A stretch of 64,000 nt of DNA from Christensenellaceae bacterium. Lineage in GTDB: Bacteria > Bacillota > Clostridia > Christensenellales > Borkfalkiaceae. Position numbers and translations under genes: made by a program. The stretch lies in the NCBI GenBank assembly GCA_045645345.1, contig JAZRIP010000026.1, forward strand, positions 5,142-69,141, written 5' to 3'. Below, piece by piece: positions 19,690 through 26,357 of this stretch. Each line of letters starts with the position of its first letter. Position 1 is the first letter of the stretch. The notes beneath the pieces are model-generated. The model made no database searches. It was not told where the DNA came from and worked only from the letters and a program-made list of their open reading frames with translations.

Positions 19690-19698
19690 AAAGGCACA

Positions 19699-19766
19699 AA
19701 AAAACACGCTTTTGTCGCAATCCATTATGGAGAGTGACAACGGCGTGTTTTAATTTTTAGTAAGTT
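19699..19766. repeat. 68-bp perfect direct repeat, copy 1 (bidirectional terminator hairpin)
   Basis: aaaaaacacgcttttgtcgcaatccattatggagagtgacaacggcgtgttttaatttttagtaagtt is identical to 20597-20664. It has a 15-bp stem (one mismatch) flanked by an A-run and a T-run. It includes the last 10 nt of the XRE CDS. Confidence 0.95.
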
Positions 19767-20002
19767 CCTTCTAACTCTAAGTCTTTAAACAAATCGTCGT
19801 TAAAAAAATCAAAAAGAGAAATGTTTAAGGCTTGGCAGATATCAAGCAAAGTTCGTGTTCCAGGATTTTTGCTTTTACCATAAAAAATGCTTTTTATAGT
19901 ACCTGCAGGCAAGCCCGAAAGGGTTGCAAGTTTGTTAGGACTTATAGAATTTTGCTCACATAAAGCGTATATTCGTTTTGTGATTGCTTCTTCTAATTTC
20001 AT
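19757..20002 (-). CDS. XRE-family HTH transcriptional regulator
   Basis: 81 aa. HTH_3-like (ISPNKLATLSGLPAGTIKSIFYGKS). Divergent from the SLOG gene. Confidence 0.8.
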   Translation of the reverse strand: MKLEEAITKRIYALCEQNSISPNKLATLSGLPAGTIKSIFYGKSKNPGTRTLLDICQALNISLFDFFNDDLFKDLELEGTY

Positions 20003-20022
20003 ACTTTATAATTTCCCAAAGT

Positions 20023-20093
20023 TATATCTTCTATAATAATATCAAAAATAATTTTAAAATATGGAAGATATATCTTCTATTTTGTGCTATAAT
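20023..20093 (+). promoter_or_regulatory. putative operator/promoter between the XRE and SLOG genes
   Basis: Direct repeat tatatcttctat at 20023-20034 and 20069-20080. Perfect 14-bp palindrome gaagatatatcttc at 20064-20077. Extended -10 TGcTATAAT ending at 20093. Confidence 0.5.
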
Positions 20094-20106
20094 GATTGTT
20101 GAGAGT

Positions 20107-20586
20107 ATGAAAACGATAGCATTTTTTGGACATAGAAGAGTATTAGAATTTAATAAAGTAAAAGAAAAACTGTTAAAAATTTTAAAAGACGTTATAAAAC
20201 GCAAGGGGGTAACCTTTTTAATAGGTTGTCACGGCGATTTTGATAATCTTGCTTTATCGGTATGTTTAGATTATAAAAAAAATATAGACAACGATGCAAA
20301 AATAAACGTAATTTTAACAAGCGTATCTTATTTAAACAAAGATGATAATGGGGTAAGTAGGGCAGATTTATATTTAAATAAAGGGGGAGAAACAATATTT
20401 TATAATATTGAAGAAATTTATTATAAAAAACGTATTGAGTACTCTAATAAGAAAATGGTAGATAATAGTGATTTAATAATATGTTATGTAGATACAAAAA
20501 GTTACAAGAGTGGAGCAAAAAAGGCAGTTAATTATGCAGTCAAACAAAACAAAAAAATTATAAATTTGTTTGGGCAAGAAAAATAA
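20107..20586 (+). CDS. SLOG-superfamily protein (DUF1273 / YpsA-YoqJ-like)
   Basis: Start moved to MKTIAFFGHRR. The pattern FGHR...G..GDFD..A......RN/KKMVDNSDLIICY...SGA...V.YA matches the SLOG/DUF1273 family as I remember it. The track's N-terminal extension overlaps the promoter. Confidence 0.7.
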   Translation: MKTIAFFGHRRVLEFNKVKEKLLKILKDVIKRKGVTFLIGCHGDFDNLALSVCLDYKKNIDNDAKINVILTSVSYLNKDDNGVSRADLYLNKGGETIFYNIEEIYYKKRIEYSNKKMVDNSDLIICYVDTKSYKSGAKKAVNYAVKQNKKIINLFGQEK

Positions 20587-20596
20587 GTGTTTATAT

Positions 20597-20664
20597 AAAA
20601 AACACGCTTTTGTCGCAATCCATTATGGAGAGTGACAACGGCGTGTTTTAATTTTTAGTAAGTT
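20597..20664. repeat. 68-bp perfect direct repeat, copy 2
   Basis: Identical to 19699-19766. It immediately follows the SLOG stop codon. Confidence 0.95.
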
Positions 20665-20794
20665 ATTTATTGTTCCACCAGTCTTGCTCGGCTGTGCTAT
20701 CTGCAATGCTTTTCTTTGACGGCTTAGTGTAAGTAGGCGTATAACTACTACGACTTGGTCTATAACTATAATAATCAAATTCAATAAAAGGCAT
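20663..20794 (-). CDS. possible 43-aa small ORF (MPFIEFDYYSYRPSRSSYTPTYTKPSKKSIADSTAEQDWWNNK)
   Basis: An ATG-to-TAA ORF that is absent from the track because it is under 60 aa. Its stop overlaps the end of repeat copy 2. No SD or clear promoter, so coding status is doubtful. Confidence 0.25.
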   Translation of the reverse strand: MPFIEFDYYSYRPSRSSYTPTYTKPSKKSIADSTAEQDWWNNK

Positions 20795-20874
20795 ACTTTT
20801 ACATTTTAAAAGTATGAAACTAATAAAAAAATCTCAATAAAACTCAAAAAATGAAATTTTAGTTTAAGACAAAA

Positions 20875-21157
20875 GTGTAGCCTGCTATACGTCGCAAAAG
20901 CGAAATATGGTGGGCTTTTCTTATCCGCATAGATTAAGTTGAAAAGTGATATTTTTAGCCGTGTGGCTAAAAGTTATATGCCGTTGGCGTGATATTTTGG
21001 CAAAGCCAAAGTGATATTAAATAAATCCTTAACCTTGCGTAGCAAGATATCACTGCGTTAGCAATATCACTTGCCGATAGACAAATCTCACAAATCCGTT
21101 TACGGATTTATTTAGTTGTCGCAATTCCCTACGGGAAGAGCGACTTTCTTGTCCACC
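20875..21157. other. hairpin-dense, GC-enriched non-coding block (candidate structured RNA or protein-binding array)
   Basis: At least 7 short perfect hairpins: 20956-20969, 20997-21009, 21034-21046, 21092-21109 and the nested pair at 21118-21144, among others. GTGATATT occurs three times direct (20946, 20989, 21011), followed by three inverted copies (21046, 21063, 21085). A possible closing helix is ggtgggc 20909-20915 with gtccacc 21151-21157. Confidence 0.6.
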
Positions 21158-21171
21158 TTTTTGTTTTTCTA

Positions 21172-21200
21172 TTGAAAAACTTAAAAAAGTATGATATAAT
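21172..21200 (+). promoter_or_regulatory. strong sigma-A type promoter of the TIR-pair operon
   Basis: TTGAAA (21172-21177), 17 nt spacer, extended -10 TGaTATAAT (ending 21200). SD aaggggg lies before ATG 21227. Confidence 0.65.
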
Positions 21201-21226
21201 GAAACAAATTTAGTAAGGGGGCTTAT

Positions 21227-22354
21227 ATGGAAGTCGTTTCTAATAATAATTTAGATTTAAAAGAATATTTAGGTCATATCGTAATTTTGCACGATAGCCA
21301 ACAAGACGATAAACTCGACCAGTTAAAAGAAGTGCTTGACGTTTCAGGTTATCAATATTTTTGCATGCCGATAGTCGACGAAGACGTTGACGGGGCAGTT
21401 GCTTTTGAAGATACCAACATTTTTAACGGATGCGTTTGTTTAATTCCCGTTTTTTCTAAACGTCTTTTTGAAGAAGGTAACGTATTTTTAAAAAGTCAAT
21501 ACTGGTATTACATAGGTTACGTAAAATCAATTCATAGCGATGCTATATTGCCGTACTGCACCGACGAAAGTCAAAAAGCATCTTTAAACGGCACGCCTTT
21601 ACATAAATTAGATTTTAAAAACAACGTTGACGATTTAATGTATACTATTCAAGAAAAATATTCGTCAAAATTGATTTGTTATAATTACTACGAAAATAAA
21701 ACGGTTAATAAGTTTGCGTCAAAGCGTATTATGTATAGGGACCTTTGTATAAAGTTTAAAATTTATCAAACTGCGTTCGAAAACGCAAAACAATATTATC
21801 AAGACTGCACGTCAAGACGTATAAGCGATAATGCGTTTGACGAATTTATAGCAAGTGAAATCGTTGCAGGTTGCAGAGTGTTGAGTTTTGGTAGCGTTAA
21901 AAACTTAACCGCACCACTTATGCCGTATAAAGACGAAGTGGTTACTAAGGTCGACGATTATCCTAAAACCATAACGGGTAAAAAATCCTACGTTCAACTT
22001 TCTAGCGAAGAACAAGAAGAAACGGGGGTTAGGGCTGAACTTACAATGAACGTTTTGATGCCCGTTCATAAACTTTTAGGGACTACTTTTAAGTGCTTTA
22101 TTACGCTTAAAAACAATAAATGTCCTATATACTTGTTGCTTGCGTTATTAGAAGGCGATTTTATAGGTAAAGCACCTGAGTTTAACGATAATTTAAGCGA
22201 AGAAAATGATTTTTGGATGCAAATATATCCAAAAGAATCGTTTATCGACCAAAAAAACTCTCGTTTATATATTAGCACGGGACTTACTAGCACGAAAAAC
22301 GACGACGAAAGTTTGGGTGTAGGCGGGTACAACGATTATATGTATCCGCAATAA
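21227..22354 (+). CDS. TIR-like (degenerate) domain protein with uncharacterised C-terminal domain; paralog of the downstream gene
   Basis: 375 aa. The N-terminal roughly 130 aa aligns by eye with the TIR of the next gene (HIVILHDS vs GIFISHSN; CVCLIPVFS...SQYWYYIGYVK vs AVVIITESS..SNWVNYEVGFLK). It lacks the SHS and the Glu. Shared C-terminal motifs are PVHKLLGTTFKCFI, RLYIS and NDYMYP. Confidence 0.6.
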   Translation: MEVVSNNNLDLKEYLGHIVILHDSQQDDKLDQLKEVLDVSGYQYFCMPIVDEDVDGAVAFEDTNIFNGCVCLIPVFSKRLFEEGNVFLKSQYWYYIGYVKSIHSDAILPYCTDESQKASLNGTPLHKLDFKNNVDDLMYTIQEKYSSKLICYNYYENKTVNKFASKRIMYRDLCIKFKIYQTAFENAKQYYQDCTSRRISDNAFDEFIASEIVAGCRVLSFGSVKNLTAPLMPYKDEVVTKVDDYPKTITGKKSYVQLSSEEQEETGVRAELTMNVLMPVHKLLGTTFKCFITLKNNKCPIYLLLALLEGDFIGKAPEFNDNLSEENDFWMQIYPKESFIDQKNSRLYISTGLTSTKNDDESLGVGGYNDYMYPQ

Positions 22355-22367
22355 TAAGGGGGAGAAT

Positions 22368-23504
22368 ATGTTACCGATAGAAACAAAAATGCAAGGTGAT
22401 TTTGATTTTTACACAAGGCTTTTAAAAGAAGAAGAGAAAAAGTTTTACGGTATATTTATTTCGCACTCTAATGCAACTGCAAAGGATTTAGAATTATTAA
22501 ATTCGTTGCGTCAGGCGTTAAGTGAAAAAGAAATTTATACTTTATGCGATAAAGAATGTATTAAAGGTGGCGACGATTTTCAGGCGAAAATCGAAGACGC
22601 TTTAGATTGTTACGGTGCAGTCGTTATAATAACCGAAAGTTCAATTCGTTCAAACTGGGTTAATTACGAAGTGGGATTTTTAAAGGGGCGTGGTAAAGAA
22701 GTTTACGTTTGGGACCCATACAATCTCTTTTCTAGTAAAAATAGGGAAGTTGATAAAACTTTAAAAACAGCGTATTCGTTTTTTAAAAACGTTGGCAATA
22801 TTTATAACGATATGCAAGACGTTATAGACGCCGTCTCACAAGCGTCGCCATACTCGGCAATGTTTATTGAAGAAAACGAGTTTATAACTTGTAAAGAGTT
22901 TTATGGTAGGGCAAACGAAAGGCTCGAGTCGGTTATAGCAACTTTATCAAGCCCTATATTTGAAGAATACTATTCGTTGTTTAAAGATTGCAAGTTTGGT
23001 GTTTTAATACCAAATTTTGGTATGTTTTACGAAGAACACGGCGACGGTGAACATTGTTATTCTAAAAGGAACGCTTTAATTACGGATGGAATTTGTCCTA
23101 TAAGTGAAAAGCCTTGTGCGTTAGTTTCAAGAAAAGTAATCGACGAAGAAAACAAAGAGTGCGTAGTTTTAAATAACGTAGCCTACTCGGGGACTTTAAG
23201 AAGAAAGGGTGAAGTCGATAGAACGGGTGAGTTGTATGAAGAAAGCGTAGTGGAATTTACAATTCCTTTACACAAGTATTTAGGCACAGAATTTAAGTTT
23301 ATCATTGACGGGGCAGATAATCAATCGCACCTTGCTATTATGAAAATTTTAGACCAAGCAGGTATGAATCCTACTATTTCGGAAAGTAAAATAGGCACAA
23401 GAATTTATCTTTCTTTACCAGAACGTCGTGGTCAAGGTTTATATAGATTAAACCATCAATTTACAAATAATTTCTTATGTCCGTACGCATCAAGAAAAAA
23501 ATAA
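22368..23504 (+). CDS. TIR-domain protein with uncharacterised C-terminal domain
   Basis: 378 aa, 13 nt after the upstream paralog, with SD aaggggga. TIR hallmarks: FISHS (aa 30-34), GGDDF loop, AVVIITESSIRSNWVNYE with W97 and E101 in the SxWxxxE position of catalytic-Glu TIRs. C-terminal motifs are PLHKYLGTEFKFII, RIYLS and NNFLCPY. Confidence 0.7.
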   Translation: MLPIETKMQGDFDFYTRLLKEEEKKFYGIFISHSNATAKDLELLNSLRQALSEKEIYTLCDKECIKGGDDFQAKIEDALDCYGAVVIITESSIRSNWVNYEVGFLKGRGKEVYVWDPYNLFSSKNREVDKTLKTAYSFFKNVGNIYNDMQDVIDAVSQASPYSAMFIEENEFITCKEFYGRANERLESVIATLSSPIFEEYYSLFKDCKFGVLIPNFGMFYEEHGDGEHCYSKRNALITDGICPISEKPCALVSRKVIDEENKECVVLNNVAYSGTLRRKGEVDRTGELYEESVVEFTIPLHKYLGTEFKFIIDGADNQSHLAIMKILDQAGMNPTISESKIGTRIYLSLPERRGQGLYRLNHQFTNNFLCPYASRKK

Positions 23505-23510
23505 GATAAT

Positions 23511-23542
23511 TAAAAAACACTTGTTTCAAACAAGTGTTTTTT
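23511..23542. terminator. bidirectional intrinsic terminator after the TIR pair
   Basis: aaaaaacacttgtttcaaacaagtgttttttt: a perfect stem flanked by an A-run and a T-run. Confidence 0.8.
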
Positions 23543-23568
23543 TGTACAAATTATATATAATTTATCGA

Positions 23569-24369
23569 TTACTGCACTAAATCGTTAAGTTTTAAGTCCC
23601 TATATTGTTTAGGCGACATGCCGGTATGTTTCTTAAATGCTCTACTAAAATAATATACACTTTCAAAACCTAATAAAAACGCTGTTTCGCTTATAGTACA
23701 AATATCGCTTTTTAGTATTTGTTTCGCCCTGTTAATTCGTATAGCGTTTTTATATTCAATAGGTGTAACGCCCGTTTCTTTTTTAAAAATTCTATAAGTT
23801 TGTGCTTGGCTTAAAAAACACAATTTTGATAAAATATCACAACTAAAATTACTGGTGTAATTTCTTTTAATATATTCAATCGCAGGTGAAATAACGCTTT
23901 GTTTGTGTTCGTCGCTAGACTTACTGAATATGTCGAAAAGTTGGTACAAAAGTGCCGTGCTTTTAAACGTACCACTTGCGTCACGGAATAACTCAACAAG
24001 GTCTATAACCATATCTAAAATATATTTTTCAGCGTTACGATAAACTATTTGTGGCGTAGTTGAAAAAACTATTCGTTCGCCGTTTTTGGCCGTAATTTTA
24101 AAGTCAATGCGATAAAATGCAATTTGTTCGCTTAAAATAGTCAATTTGTGCTTAGAAAGGTGGGGTAAATATATAATATCGCCGTGAGTTAGCGTTTGTT
24201 TATTATTTTCCCACTCGTAAAGGCACTCGCCTTTATCAATTAAAATAAATCCGTTAGGCACTCTCGCTTTCATATCAAGCGTCTTGTAAGACGGTGTTTG
24301 ATAAATTGCCGAAATATCGGTTAGGTAGTATTTTTCTTTAATTAATTCGTTTAACGTACAAGTTTTCAT
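23569..24369 (-). CDS. AraC-family transcriptional regulator (cupin sensor plus HTH)
   Basis: 266 aa. C-terminal double HTH (SQAQTYRIFKKETGVTPIEYKNAIRINRAKQIL...YYFSRAFKKHTGMSPKQYR). Confidence 0.9.
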   Translation of the reverse strand: MKTCTLNELIKEKYYLTDISAIYQTPSYKTLDMKARVPNGFILIDKGECLYEWENNKQTLTHGDIIYLPHLSKHKLTILSEQIAFYRIDFKITAKNGERIVFSTTPQIVYRNAEKYILDMVIDLVELFRDASGTFKSTALLYQLFDIFSKSSDEHKQSVISPAIEYIKRNYTSNFSCDILSKLCFLSQAQTYRIFKKETGVTPIEYKNAIRINRAKQILKSDICTISETAFLLGFESVYYFSRAFKKHTGMSPKQYRDLKLNDLVQ

Positions 24370-24506
24370 AAATTTATTATAATATCCTATTAGTTTAAAG
24401 TCAATTAAAAATGAGAAAATAGTTTAAAAAGTAAAAAATATATTGCATTTACTCTATGAGTAAATTATGGTAAAATTGTTGTAGAAATTTACGGAGGTTT
24501 TTATAT

Positions 24507-24707
24507 ATGGCAAAAAAATACAAAGTAGGTGGTGGCTGTGCTTTATGCCTTATGTGTGTTTATGAGTGTGCCGTTGGTGCAATTAGTATAAATGAAAACG
24601 TATCGGCAGTTATAGACCAAGCAAAATGCGTTGGTTGTGGAAGATGTTATAACAATTGTCAAGCAGAGGCAATTATTGAAGATAAAGATTATAAGGAGAA
24701 TAAATAA
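24507..24707 (+). CDS. 2x[4Fe-4S] ferredoxin
   Basis: 66 aa. Two Cys clusters (CALCLMCVYEC and CVGCGRCYNNC). The stop overlaps the next start (TAATG). Confidence 0.85.
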   Translation: MAKKYKVGGGCALCLMCVYECAVGAISINENVSAVIDQAKCVGCGRCYNNCQAEAIIEDKDYKENK

Positions 24708-26227
24708 TGTTAAAATTTAAATGCGAAAATGGTTTCGTTATAAACGGCGAAGAAAAAATTCCAGTATACGGCGAATACGACGTAGTTGTCGTTGGTGGTG
24801 GTATGGCAGGTGTTGGTGCTGCGTTAGCATCGGCAAAAATGGGTGCAAAAACTATTATCATTGAAAATACGTCGGCTCTCGGTGGTCTTGCAACTATGGG
24901 CTTAGTTAATATTCCGCTTGACTTCGTTTCTGGCGTTGGTAAAGAATTTTTTGACGACCTTGACGCTATTAACGGCTTAAGAAGAAGAAACAGCGACCCA
25001 GAAAAACACAAATTAATTTTTGATAGATTACTTCAAAAATACAATTGTGAAATTTTATTAGTTACTCCACTTGTAGATACGTTAGTTGAAGGTAACGAAG
25101 TAAAAGGTATTATTATACATACTAAGCAAGGCAGAAAGGCTATTTTAGGTAAGCGTTTCGTCGACGCATCTGGTGATAGCGACTTAGTTTACTTTGCTGG
25201 TGGCGAAACGGTAACGGGTAGACCAGGCGACGGTATGAGTATGGGTTGCTCGTTAGACTTTATTTTAGGTGGCGTTGACTTTGATACTTATCAAGCAAGC
25301 GAACTTGGTCAACATGACCAAAAATGGATTAAATTTATCGATAAAGCCTTAAAAGAGGGTAAATTACCATACGAAATTGACAATCACTTAAACTGGATGA
25401 CACACCTTCCTGATAGACCTGAACACTGCAAAAAAGACGAAGTAAGTATATGTTTTGCTCACTCTAGAAATTGTTTTCCAACCGACAACAAAGACTTAAC
25501 TAGAATGTATATCGAAGGCCGTGAACAAGCACAAATTTTAGCAAAATTCATCAAAGAAAACGTTCCAGGATTTGAAGAAAGTTATTTAAGTTATACGGGT
25601 GCGTTACTCGGCGTAAGAGAAAGTCGTAGAATTATAGGTGAATACGAATTTACGGGTATGGATATTGCGTATGCTAAAAAATTTGACGACGTTATTGCTA
25701 TAAGTCAACACGGTTTTGACTTGCACGGCTTTGAAAAAGCAGGTAATATGAAATGGTTTAAGGGTAAATTACCAAACGGCGAAGACGCATATATTGCAAA
25801 TCGTGCAGGTTGGGGCTCACAATTGCCACCAGACGACGGCTTACCAAGAGTTAATATGAAAGACTTAATAAGTAGCGACGCTTATTATTACGATATTCCA
25901 TATCGTTCACTCGTTCCTATTAGACTTGAAAACGTTTTAGCGGCAGGTAGAAACATTTCTTCTGATATTCCAGGACAAAGCGGTACTAGACTTGTTATGT
26001 GTTGTATGAGTTTAGGCGAAGCGGCAGGCACTGCGGTTGCTATGTCGTTAAAAGCAAATTGTACTCCAAGAAATATTGACGTTGGTGCATTGCAAAGACA
26101 ACTCGTTAAAAACGGCTACAATATAGGTCAAAGATTTAGAAAAATCCCAGCCCTTGCAGAAGTTGATACTAACGGCGAAGCAAGTGCGTACGCTATTGAT
26201 ATTAAGAGTGTAAACGATAACGGGTAA
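24707..26227 (+). CDS. FAD-dependent oxidoreductase (FAD_oxidored family)
   Basis: 506 aa. N-terminal dinucleotide fold VVVVGGGMAGVGAALASAKMGAKT. Translationally coupled to the ferredoxin gene. Confidence 0.8.
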   Translation: MLKFKCENGFVINGEEKIPVYGEYDVVVVGGGMAGVGAALASAKMGAKTIIIENTSALGGLATMGLVNIPLDFVSGVGKEFFDDLDAINGLRRRNSDPEKHKLIFDRLLQKYNCEILLVTPLVDTLVEGNEVKGIIIHTKQGRKAILGKRFVDASGDSDLVYFAGGETVTGRPGDGMSMGCSLDFILGGVDFDTYQASELGQHDQKWIKFIDKALKEGKLPYEIDNHLNWMTHLPDRPEHCKKDEVSICFAHSRNCFPTDNKDLTRMYIEGREQAQILAKFIKENVPGFEESYLSYTGALLGVRESRRIIGEYEFTGMDIAYAKKFDDVIAISQHGFDLHGFEKAGNMKWFKGKLPNGEDAYIANRAGWGSQLPPDDGLPRVNMKDLISSDAYYYDIPYRSLVPIRLENVLAAGRNISSDIPGQSGTRLVMCCMSLGEAAGTAVAMSLKANCTPRNIDVGALQRQLVKNGYNIGQRFRKIPALAEVDTNGEASAYAIDIKSVNDNG

Positions 26228-26357
26228 TAAAAAAACGATACGGAGTTGAAATTTATTTTTTAACTTCGTATTTTGTTATTGACAACGCTTAAACCCTTTT
26301 GTATAATAAAAAGTGAAAACAATAATATTGTTTTAAAAAATAATAAAAGGTACTGGT

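Noticed and set aside
19569-19760. 63-aa ORF overlapping the FNT gene end and repeat copy 1
   Set aside because: It is out of frame with the FNT gene and reads through the terminator hairpin. It has no SD.
20663-20794. Small ORF as a third protein component of the TIR system
   Set aside because: It lies on the opposite strand and has no SD or convincing promoter. Its composition is Y/S/T/P-rich and low-complexity. I kept it only as a low-confidence feature.
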